From the NCBI GenBank assembly GCA_964057225.1, contig OZ059900.1, positions 22,878,001 to 22,942,000 on the forward strand: 64,000 bases of DNA, read 5' to 3'. The DNA is from Auanema rhodensis (taxonomy: Eukaryota > Animalia > Nematoda). Shown in pieces: positions 28,370-41,200 of the stretch; within the stretch, counting starts at the first letter, position 1; every line of letters starts with the position of its first letter. The translations under genes and the position numbers were made by a program. The notes beneath the pieces were generated by a model. That model did not search any database and had not been told where the DNA came from. It saw only the letters and a program-made list of their open reading frames with translations.

Positions 28370-31300
28370 TTTTGGAAATTTCGCTGTAAACAAGGTTTTG
28401 ACTTACGATTTCATGTGTTCAAACTCATGCAATGTCAATGAAACCTAGCTCAAAATTGTTTGTACAACGTTTAGTTCCACTTTCACGACAAAAAAACAGG
28501 GGTTAGAAAATTAAGGAAATTAGCATATTCTGAGGGCACGCCCCTTATGGCTAATATTGATTAAATCGATTTTTGTTCATATGAGTAGTCAAATGCAACG
28601 AATTTCAGCGTGTTACATACTAAAATGAACCATTTTACATGCTGAACACTAGAAAAGTACAAAAACACAGTATTTCCCATGAGAAATATTTTATTATGCT
28701 GGAAAAACAGTTTTTGGAAATTTCGCTGTAAACAAGGTTTTGACTTACGATTTCATGTGTTCAAACTCATGCAATGTCAATGAAACCTAGCTCAAAATTG
28801 TTTGTACAACGTCTAGTTCCACTTTCACGACAAAAAAACAGGGGTTAGAAAATTAAGGAAATTAGCATATTCTGAGGGCACGCCCCTTATGGCTAATATT
28901 GATTTAAACGATTTTTGTTCATATGAGTCGTCAAATGCAACGAATTTCAGCGTGTTACATACTTAAATGAAGCATTTCACATGCTGAACACTAGAAAAAT
29001 ACAAAAACACAGTATTTCCCATGAGAAATATTTTATTATGCTGGAAAACCAGTTTTTGGAAATTTCGCTGTAAACAAGGTTTTGACTTACGATTTCATGT
29101 GTTCAAACTCATGCAATGTCAATGAAACCTAGCTCAAAATTGTTTGTACAACGTCTAGTTCCACTTTCACGACAAAAAAACAGGGGTTAGAAAATTAAGG
29201 AAATTAGCATATTCTGAGGGCACGCCCCTTATGGCTAATATTGATTTAAACGATTTTTGTTCATATGAGTCGTCAAATGCAACGAATTTCAGCGTGTTAC
29301 ATACTAAAATGAAGCATTTTACATGCTGAACACTAGAAAAATACAAAAACACAGTATTTCTCATGAGAAATATTTTATTATGCTGGAAAACCAGTTTTTG
29401 GAATTTTCGCTGTAAACGAGGTTTTGACTTACGATTTCATGTGTTCAAACTCATGCAATGTCAATGAAACCTAGCTCAAAATTGTTTGTACAACGTCTAG
29501 TTCCACTTTCACGACAAAAAAACAGGGGTTAGAAAATTAAGGAAATTAGCATATTCTGAGGGCACGCCCCTTATGGCTAATATTGATTAAATCGATTTTT
29601 GTTCATATGAGTAGTCAAATGCAACGAATTTCAGCGTGTTACATACTAAAATGAAGCATTTTACATGCTGAACACTAGAAAAGTACAAAAACACAGTATT
29701 TCCCATTAGAAATATTTTATTATGCTGGAAAAACAGTTTTTGGAAATTTCGCTGTAAACAAGGTTTTGACTTACGATTTCATGTGTTCAAACTCATGCAA
29801 TGTCAATGAAACCTAGCTCAAAATTGTTTGTACAACGTCTAGTTCCACTTTCACGACAAAAAAACAGGGGTTAGAAAATTAAGGAAATTAGCATATTCTG
29901 AGGGCACGCCCCTTATGGCTAATATTGATTTAAACGATTTTTGTTCATATGAGTCGTCAAATGCAACGAATTTCAGCGTGTTACATACTAAAATGAAGCA
30001 TTTCACATGCTGAACACTAGAAAAATACAAAAACACAGTATTTCCCATGAGAAATATTTTATTATGCTGGAAAACCAGTTTTTGGAAATTTCGCTGTAAA
30101 CAAGGTTTTGACTTACGATTTCATGTGTTCAAACTCATGCAATGTCAATGAAACCTAGCTCAAAATTGTTTGTACAACGTCTAGTTCCACTTTCACGACA
30201 AAAAAACAGGGGTTAGAAAATTAAGGAAATTAGCATATTCTGAGGGCACGCCCCTTATGGCTAATATTGATTTAAACGATTTTTGTTCATATGAGTCGTC
30301 AAATGCAACGAATTTCAGCGTGTTACATACTAAAATGAAGCATTTTACATGCTGAACACTAGAAAAATACAAAAACACAGTATTTCTCATGAGAAATATT
30401 TTATTATGCTGGAAAACCAGTTTTTGGAATTTTCGCTGTAAACGAGGTTTTGACTTACGATTTCATGTGTTCAAACTCATGCAATGTCAATGAAACCTAG
30501 CTCAAAATTGTTTGTACAACGTCTAGTTCCACTTTCACGACAAAAAAACAGGGGTTAGAAAATTAAGGAAATTAGCATATTCTGAGGGCACGCCCCTTAT
30601 GGCTAATATTGATTAAATCGATTTTTGTTCATATGAGTAGTCAAATGCAACGAATTTCAGCGTGTTACATACTAAAATGAAGCATTTTACATGCTGAACA
30701 CTAGAAAAGTACAAAAACACAGTATTTCCCATGAGAAATATTTTATTATGCTGGAAAAACAGTTTTTGGAAATTTCGCTGTAAACAAGGTTTTGACTTAC
30801 GATTTCATGTGTTCAAACTCATGCAATGTCAATGAAACCTAGCTCAAAATTGTTTGTACAACGTCTAGTTCCACTTTCACGACAAAAAAACAGGGGTTAG
30901 AAAATTAAGGAAATTAGCATATTCTGAGGGCACGCCCCTTATGGCTAATATTGATTTAAACGATTTTTGTTCATATGAGTCGTCAAATGCAACGAATTTC
31001 AGCGTGTTACATACTAAAATGAAGCATTTCACATGCTGAACACTAGAAAAATACAAAAACACAGTATTTCCCATGAGAAATATTTTATTATGCTGGAAAA
31101 CCAGTTTTTGGAAATTTCGCTGTAAACAAGGATTTGACTTACGATTTCATGTGTTCAAACTCATGCAATGTCAATGAAACCTAGCTCAAAATTGTTTGTA
31201 CAACGTCTAGTTCCACTTTCACGACAAAAAAACAGGGGTTAGAAAATTAAGGAAATTAGCATATTCTGAGGGCACGCCCCTTATGGCTAATATTGATTTA

Positions 31301-34300
31301 AACGATTTTTGTTCATATGAGTCGTCAAATGCAACGAATTTCAGCGTGTTACATACTAAAATGAAGCATTTTACATGCTGAACACTAGAAAAATACAAAA
31401 ACACAGTATTTCTCATGAGAAATATTTTATTATGCTGGAAAACCAGTTTTTGGAATTTTCGCTGTAAACGAGGTTTTGACTTACGATTTCATGTGTTCAA
31501 ACTCATGCAATGTCAATGAAACCTAGCTCAAAATTGTTTGTACAACGTCTAGTTCCACTTTCACGACAAAAAAACAGGGGTTAGAAAATTAAGGAAATTA
31601 GCATATTCTGAGGGCACGCCCCTTATGGCTAATATTGATTAAATCGATTTTTGTTCATATGAGTAGTCAAATGCAACGAATTTCAGCGTGTTACATACTA
31701 AAATGAACCATTTTACATGCTGAACACTAGAAAAGTACAAAAACACAGTATTTCCCATGAGAAATATTTTATTATGCTGGAAAAACAGTTTTTGGAAATT
31801 TCGCTGTAAACAAGGTTTTGACTTACGATTTCATGTGTTCAAACTCATGCAATGTCAATGAAACCTAGCTCAAAATTGTTTGTACAACGTTTAGTTCCAC
31901 TTTCACGACAAAAAAACAGGGGTTAGAAAATTAAGGAAATTAGCATATTCTGAGGGCACGCCCCTTATGGCTAATATTGATTAAATCGATTTTTGTTCAT
32001 ATGAGTAGTCAAATGCAACGAATTTCAGCGTGTTACATACTAAAATGAACCATTTTACATGCTGAACACTAGAAAAGTACAAAAACACAGTATTTCCCAT
32101 GAGAAATATTTTATTATGCTGGAAAAACAGTTTTTGGAAATTTCGCTGTAAACAAGGTTTTGACTTACGATTTCATGTGTTCAAACTCATGCAATGTCAA
32201 TGAAACCTAGCTCAAAATTGTTTGTACAACGTCTAGTTCCACTTTCACGACAAAAAAACAGGGGTTAGAAAATTAAGGAAATTAGCATATTCTGAGGGCA
32301 CGCCCCTTATGGCTAATATTGATTTAAACGATTTTTGTTCATATGAGTCGTCAAATGCAACGAATTTCAGCGTGTTACATACTTAAATGAAGCATTTCAC
32401 ATGCTGAACACTAGAAAAATACAAAAACACAGTATTTCCCATGAGAAATATTTTATTATGCTGGAAAACCAGTTTTTGGAAATTTCGCTGTAAACAAGGT
32501 TTTGACTTACGATTTCATGTGTTCAAACTCATGCAATGTCAATGAAACCTAGCTCAAAATTGTTTGTACAACGTCTAGTTCCACTTTCACGACAAAAAAA
32601 CAGGGGTTAGAAAATTAAGGAAATTAGCATATTCTGAGGGCACGCCCCTTATGGCTAATATTGATTTAAACGATTTTTGTTCATATGAGTCGTCAAATGC
32701 AACGAATTTCAGCGTGTTACATACTAAAATGAAGCATTTTACATGCTGAACACTAGAAAAATACAAAAACACAGTATTTCTCATGAGAAATATTTTATTA
32801 TGCTGGAAAACCAGTTTTTGGAATTTTCGCTGTAAACGAGGTTTTGACTTACGATTTCATGTGTTCAAACTCATGCAATGTCAATGAAACCTAGCTCAAA
32901 ATTGTTTGTACAACGTCTAGTTCCACTTTCACGACAAAAAAACAGGGGTTAGAAAATTAAGGAAATTAGCATATTCTGAGGGCACGCCCCTTATGGCTAA
33001 TATTGATTAAATCGATTTTTGTTCATATGAGTAGTCAAATGCAACGAATTTCAGCGTGTTACATACTAAAATGAAGCATTTTACATGCTGAACACTAGAA
33101 AAGTACAAAAACACAGTATTTCCCATGAGAAATATTTTATTATGCTGGAAAAACAGTTTTTGGAAATTTCGCTGTAAACAAGGTTTTGACTTACGATTTC
33201 ATGTGTTCAAACTCATGCAATGTCAATGAAACCTAGCTCAAAATTGTTTGTACAACGTCTAGTTCCACTTTCACGACAAAAAAACAGGGGTTAGAAAATT
33301 AAGGAAATTAGCATATTCTGAGGGCACGCCCCTTATGGCTAATATTGATTTAAACGATTTTTGTTCATATGAGTCGTCAAATGCAACGAATTTCAGCGTG
33401 TTACATACTAAAATGAAGCATTTCACATGCTGAACACTAGAAAAATACAAAAACACAGTATTTCCCATGAGAAATATTTTATTATGCTGGAAAACCAGTT
33501 TTTGGAAATTTCGCTGTAAACAAGGTTTTGACTTACGATTTCATGTGTTCAAACTCATGCAATGTCAATGAAACCTAGCTCAAAATTGTTTGTACAACGT
33601 CTAGTTCCACTTTCACGACAAAAAAACAGGGGTTAGAAAATTAAGGAAATTAGCATATTCTGAGGGCACGCCCCTTATGGCTAATATTGATTTAAACGAT
33701 TTTTGTTCATATGAGTCGTCAAATGCAACGAATTTCAGCGTGTTACATACTAAAATGAAGCATTTTACATGCTGAACACTAGAAAAATACAAAAACACAG
33801 TATTTCTCATGAGAAATATTTTATTATGCTGGAAAACCAGTTTTTGGAATTTTCGCTGTAAACGAGGTTTTGACTTACGATTTCATGTGTTCAAACTCAT
33901 GCAATGTCAATGAAACCTAGCTCAAAATTGTTTGTACAACGTCTAGTTCCACTTTCACGACAAAAAAACAGGGGTTAGAAAATTAAGGAAATTAGCATAT
34001 TCTGAGGGCACGCCCCTTATGGCTAATATTGATTAAATCGATTTTTGTTCATATGAGTAGTCAAATGCAACGAATTTCAGCGTGTTACATACTAAAATGA
34101 AGCATTTTACATGCTGAACACTAGAAAAGTACAAAAACACAGTATTTCCCATGAGAAATATTTTATTATGCTGGAAAAACAGTTTTTGGAAATTTCGCTG
34201 TAAACAAGGTTTTGACTTACGATTTCATGTGTTCAAACTCATGCAATGTCAATGAAACCTAGCTCAAAATTGTTTGTACAACGTCTAGTTCCACTTTCAC

Positions 34301-35210
34301 GACAAAAAAACAGGGGTTAGAAAATTAAGGAAATTAGCATATTCTGAGGGCACGCCCCTTATGGCTAATATTGATTTAAACGATTTTTGTTCATATGAGT
34401 CGTCAAATGCAACGAATTTCAGCGTGTTACATACTAAAATGAAGCATTTCACATGCTGAACACTAGAAAAATACAAAAACACAGTATTTCCCATGAGAAA
34501 TATTTTATTATGCTGGAAAACCAGTTTTTGGAAATTTCGCTGTAAACAAGGTTTTGACTTACGATTTCATGTGTTCAAACTCATGCAATGTCAATGAAAC
34601 CTAGCTCAAAATTGTTTGTACAACGTCTAGTTCCACTTTCACGACAAAAAAACAGGGGTTAGAAAATTAAGGAAATTAGCATATTCTGAGGGCACGCCCC
34701 TTATGGCTAATATTGATTTAAACGATTTTTGTTCATATGAGTCGTCAAATGCAACGAATTTCAGCGTGTTACATACTAAAATGAAGCATTTTACATGCTG
34801 AACACTAGAAAAATACAAAAACACAGTATTTCTCATGAGAAATATTTTATTATGCTGGAAAACCAGTTTTTGGAATTTTCGCTGTAAACGAGGTTTTGAC
34901 TTACGATTTCATGTGTTCAAACTCATGCAATGTCAATGAAACCTAGCTCAAAATTGTTTGTACAACGTCTAGTTCCACTTTCACGACAAAAAAACAGGGG
35001 TTAGAAAATTAAGGAAATTAGCATATTCTGAGGGCACGCCCCTTATGGCTAATATTGATTAAATCGATTTTTGTTCATATGAGTAGTCAAATGCAACGAA
35101 TTTCAGCGTGTTACATACTAAAATGAAGCATTTTACATGCTGAACACTAGAAAAGTACAAAAACACAGTATTTCCCATGAGAAATATTTTATTATGCTGG
35201 AAAAACAGTT
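28370..35210. repeat. 3-mer HOR (1026 bp) nested in a duplicated 10-mer (3420 bp)
   Basis: The aattttcgctgtaaacgagg/gagtag/aaagtac/aaaacag monomer recurs mostly every 1026 bp. Lines 28441 and 31861 share acgtttag, and 28621 and 32041 share tgaacc. ORF starts pair at +3420 (29167/32587, 29851/33271, 30193/33613, 30877/34297, 31219/34639). Confidence 0.9.
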
Positions 35211-38200
35211 TTTGGAAATTTCGCTGTAAACAAGGTTTTGACTTACGATTTCATGTGTTCAAACTCATGCAATGTCAATGAAACCTAGCTCAAAATTGTT
35301 TGTACAACGTCTAGTTCCACTTTCACGACAAAAAAACAGGGGTTAGAAAATTAAGGAAATTAGCATATTCTGAGGGCACGCCCCTTATGGCTAATATTGA
35401 TTTAAACGATTTTTGTTCATATGAGTCGTCAAATGCAACGAATTTCAGCGTGTTACATACTAAAATGAAGCATTTTACATGCTGAACACTAGAAAAATAC
35501 AAAAACACAGTATTTCTCATGAGAAATATTTTATTATGCTGGAAAACCAGTTTTTGGAATTTTCGCTGTAAACGAGGTTTTGACTTACGATTTCATGTGT
35601 TCAAACTCATGCAATGTCAATGAAACCTAGCTCAAAATTGTTTGTACAACGTCTAGTTCCACTTTCACGACAAAAAAACAGGGGTTAGAAAATTAAGGAA
35701 ATTAGCATATTCTGAGGGCACGCCCCTTATGGCTAATATTGATTAAATCGATTTTTGTTCATATGAGTAGTCAAATGCAACGAATTTCAGCGTGTTACAT
35801 ACTAAAATGAAGCATTTCACATGCTGAACACTAGAAAAATACAAAAACACAGTATTTCCCATGAGAAATATTTTATTATGCTGGAAAACCAGTTTTTGGA
35901 AATTTCGCTGTAAACAAGGTTTGACTTACGATTTCATGTGTTCAAACTCATGCAATGTCAATGAAACCTAGCTCAAAATTGTTCTTACAACGTCTAGTTC
36001 CACTTTCACGACAAAAAAACAGGGGTTAGAAAATTTAGGAAATTAGCATATTCTGAGGGCACGCCCCTTATGGCTAATATTGATTAAATCGATTTTTGTT
36101 CATATGAGTCGTCAAATGCAACGAATTTCAGCGTGTTACATACTCAAATGAAGTATTTTACATGCTGAACACTAGAAAAATACAAAAACACAGTACTTCC
36201 CATGAGAAATATTTTATTATGCTGGAAAACCAGTTTTTGGAAATTTCGCTGTAAACAAGGTTTTGACTTACGATTTCATGTGTTCAAACTCATGCAATGT
36301 CAATGAAACCTAGCTCAAAATTGTTCCTACAACGTCTAGTTCCACTTTCACGACAAAAAACAGGGGTTAGAAAATTAAGGAAATTAGCATATTCTGAGGG
36401 CACGCCCCTTATGGCTAATATTGATTAAATCGATTTTTGTTCATATGAGTCGTCAAATGCAACGAATTTCAGCGTGTTACATACTAAAATGAAGCATTTT
36501 ACATGCTGAACACTAGAAAAATACGAAAACACAGTTTTTCCCATGAGAAATATTTTATTATGCTGGAAAACCAGTTTTTGGAAATTTCGCTGTAAACAAG
36601 GTTTTGACTTACGATTTCATGTGTTCAAACTCATGCAATGTCAATGAAACCTAGCTCAAAATTGTTTGTACAACGTCTAGTTCCACTTTCACGACAAAAA
36701 AACAGGGGTTAGAAAATTAAGGAAATTAGCATATTCTGAGGGCACGCCCCTTATGGCTAATATTGATTTAAACGATTTTTGTTCATATGAGTCGTCAAAT
36801 GCAACGAATTTCAGCGTGTTACATACTAAAATGAAGCATTTTACATGCTGAACACTAGAAAAATACAAAAACACAGTATTTCTCATGAGAAATATTTTAT
36901 TATGCTGGAAAACCAGTTTTTGGAATTTTCGCTGTAAACGAGGTTTTGACTTACGATTTCATGTGTTCAAACTCATGCAATGTCAATGAAACCTAGCTCA
37001 AAATTGTTTGTACAACGTCTAGTTCCACTTTCACGACAAAAAAACAGGGGTTAGAAAATTAAGGAAATTAGCATATTCTGAGGGCACGCCCCTTATGGCT
37101 AATATTGATTAAATCGATTTTTGTTCATATGAGTAGTCAAATGCAACGAATTTCAGCGTGTTACATACTAAAATGAAGCATTTTACATGCTGAACACTAG
37201 AAAAGTACAAAAACACAGTATTTCCCATGAGAAATATTTTATTATGCTGGAAAAACAGTTTTTGGAAATTTCGCTGTAAACAAGGTTTTGACTTACGATT
37301 TCATGTGTTCAAACTCATGCAATGTCAATGAAACCTAGCTCAAAATTGTTTGTACAACGTCTAGTTCCACTTTCACAACAAAAAAACAGGGGTTAGAAAA
37401 TTAAGGAAATTAGCATATTCTGAGGGCACGCCCCTTATGGCTAATATTGATTTAAACGATTTTTGTTCATATGAGTCGTCAAATGCAACGAATTTCAGCG
37501 TGTTACATACTAAAATGAAGCATTTCACATGCTGAACACTAGAAAAATACAAAAACACAGTATTTCCCATGAGAAATATTTTATTATGCTGGAAAACCAG
37601 TTTTTGGAAATTTCGCTGTAAACAAGGATTTGACTTACGATTTCATGTGTTCAAACTCATGCAATGTCAATGAAACCTAGCTCAAAATTGTTTGTACAAC
37701 GTCTAGTTCCACTTTCACGACAAAAAAACAGGGGTTAGAAAATTAAGGAAATTAGCATATTCTGAGGGCACGCCCCTTATGGCTAATATTGATTTAAACG
37801 ATTTTTGTTCATATGAGTCGTCAAATGCAACGAATTTCAGCGTGTTACATACTAAAATGAAGCATTTTACATGCTGAACACTAGAAAAATACAAAAACAC
37901 AGTATTTCTCATGAGAAATATTTTATTATGCTGGAAAACCAGTTTTTGGAATTTTCGCTGTAAACGAGGTTTTGACTTACGATTTCATGTGTTCAAACTC
38001 ATGCAATGTCAATGAAACCTAGCTCAAAATTGTTTGTACAACGTCTAGTTCCACTTTCACGACAAAAAAACAGGGGTTAGAAAATTAAGGAAATTAGCAT
38101 ATTCTGAGGGCACGCCCCTTATGGCTAATATTGATTAAATCGATTTTTGTTCATATGAGTAGTCAAATGCAACGAATTTCAGCGTGTTACATACTAAAAT

Positions 38201-41200
38201 GAAGCATTTCACATGCTGAACACTAGAAAAATACAAAAACACAGTATTTCCCATGAGAAATATTTTCTTATGCTGGAAAACCAGTTTTTGGAAATTTCGC
38301 TGTAAACAAGGTTTGACTTACGATTTCATGTGTTCAAACTCATGCAATGTCAATGAAACCTAGCTCAAAATTGTTCTTACAACGTCTAGTTCCACTTTCA
38401 CGACAAAAAAACAGGGGTTAGAAAATTTAGGAAATTAGCATATTCTGAGGGCACGCCCCTTATGGCTAATATTGATTAAATCGATTTTTGTTCATATGAG
38501 TCGTCAAATGCAACGAATTTCAGCGTGTTACATACTCAAATGAAGTATTTTACATGCTGAACACTAGAAAAATACAAAAACACAGTATTTCCCATGAGAA
38601 ATATTTTATTATGCTGGAAAACCAGTTTTTGGAAATTTCGCTGTAAACAAGGTTTTGACTTACGATTTCATGTGTTCAAACTCATGCAATGTCAATGAAA
38701 CCTAGCTCAAAATTGTTCCTACAACGTCTAGTTCCACTTTCACGACAAAAAACAGGGGTTAGAAAATTAAGGAAATTAGCATATTCTGAGGGCACGCCCC
38801 TTATGGCTAATATTGATTAAATCGATTTTTGTTCATATGAGTCGTCAAATGCAACGAATTTCAGCGTGTTACATACTAAAATGAAGCATTTTACATGCTG
38901 AACACTAGAAAAATACGAAAACACAGTTTTTCCCATGAGAAATATTTTATTATGCTGGAAAACCAGTTTTTGGAAATTTCGCTGTAAACAAGGTTTTGAC
39001 TTACGATTTCATGTGTTCAAACTCATGCAATGTCAATGAAACCTAGCTCAAAATTGTTCCTACAACGTCTAGTTCCACTTTCACGACAAAAAACAGGGGT
39101 TAGAAAATTAAGGAAATTAGCATATTCTGAGGGCACGCCCCTTATAGCTAATTTTGATTAAATCGATTTTTGTTCATATGAGTCGTCAAATGCAACGAAT
39201 TTCAGCGTGTTACATACTAAAATGAAGCATTTTACATGCTGAACACTAGAAAAGTACAAAAACACAGTATTTCCCATGAGAAATATTTTATTATGCTGGA
39301 AAAACAGTTTTTGGAAATTTCGCTGTAAACAAGGTTTTGACTTACGATTTCATGTGTTCAAACTCATGCAATGTCAATGAAACCTAGCTCAAAATTGTTT
39401 GTACAACGTCTAGTTCCACTTTCACGACAAAAAAACAGGGGTTAGAAAATTAAGGAAATTAGCATATTCTGAGGGCACGCCCCTTATGGCTAATATTGAT
39501 TTAAACGATTTTTGTTCATATGAGTCGTCAAATGCAACGAATTTCAGCGTGTTACATACTAAAATGAAGCATTTCACATGCTGAACACTAGAAAAATACA
39601 AAAACACAGTATTTCCCATGAGAAATATTTTATTATGCTGGAAAACCAGTTTTTGGAAATTTCGCTGTAAACAAGGATTTGACTTACGATTTCATGTGTT
39701 CAAACTCATGCAATGTCAATGAAACCTAGCTCAAAATTGTTTGTACAACGTCTAGTTCCACTTTCACGACAAAAAAACAGGGGTTAGAAAATTAAGGAAA
39801 TTAGCATATTCTGAGGGCACGCCCCTTATGGCTAATATTGATTAAATCGATTTTTGTTCATATGAGTCGTCAAATGCAACGAATTTCAGCGTGTTACATA
39901 CTAAAATGAAGCATTTCACATGCTGAACACTAGAAAAATACAAAAACACAGTATTTCCCATGAGAAATATTTTATTATGCTGGAAAACCAGTTTTTGGAA
40001 ATTTCGCTGTAAACAAGGTTTGACTTACGATTTCATGTGTTCAAACTCATGCAATGTCAATGAAACCTAGCTCAAAATTGTTCTTACAACGTCTAGTTCC
40101 ACTTTCACGACAAAAAAACAGGGGTTAGAAAATTTAGGAAATTAGCATATTCTGAGGGCACGCCCCTTATGGCTAATATTGATTAAATCGATTTTTGTTC
40201 ATATGAGTCGTCAAATGCAACGAATTTCAGCGTGTTACATACTCAAATGAAGTATTTTACATGCTGAACACTAGAAAAATACAAAAACACAGTATTTCCC
40301 ATGAGAAATATTTTATTATGCTGGAAAACCAGTTTTTGGAAATTTCGCTGTAAACAAGGTTTTGACTTACGATTTCATGTGTTCAAACTCATGCAATGTC
40401 AATGAAACCTAGCTCAAAATTGTTCCTACAACGTCTAGTTCCACTTTCACGACAAAAAACAGGGGTTAGAAAATTAAGGAAATTAGCATATTCTGAGGGC
40501 ACGCCCCTTATGGCTAATATTGATTAAATCGATTTTTGTTCATATGAGTCGTCAAATGCAACGAATTTCAGCGTGTTACATACTAAAATGAAGCATTTTA
40601 CATGCTGAACACTAGAAAAATACGAAAACACAGTTTTTCCCATGAGAAATATTTTATTATGCTGGAAAACCAGTTTTTGGAAATTTCGCTGTAAACAAGG
40701 TTTTGACTTACGATTTCATGTGTTCAAACTCATGCAATGTCAATGAAACCTAGCTCAAAATTGTTCCTACAACGTCTAGTTCCACTTTCACGACAAAAAA
40801 CAGGGGTTAGAAAATTAAGGAAATTAGCATATTCTGAGGGCACGCCCCTTATGGCTAATTTTGATTAAATCGATTTTTGTTCATATGAGTCGTCAAATGC
40901 AACGAATTTCAGCGTGTTACATACTAAAATGAAGCATTTTACATGTTGAACACTAGAAAAATACAAAAACACAGTATTTCAAATGAGAAATATTTTATTA
41001 TGCTGGAAAACCAGTTTTTGGAAATTTCGCTGTAAACAAGGTTTTGACTTACGATTTCATGTGTTCAAACTCATGCAATGTCAATGAAACCTAGCTCAAA
41101 ATTGTTTGTAAAACGTCTAGTTCCACTTTCACGACAAAAAAACAGGGGTTAGAAAATTAAGGAAATTAGCATATTCTGAGGGCACGCCCCTTATGGCTAA

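Noticed and set aside
18313-39619. Nineteen minus-strand ORFs of 65-98 aa, including 22678-22974 spanning most of a monomer
   Set aside because: They are the same satellite sequence. They appear only when the tttaaacg variant removes a stop codon or the ggtttgatatacg indel joins frames. There is no recognisable domain, the F/L/K-rich composition reflects A/T tracts, and frame-breaking indels are common in other copies.
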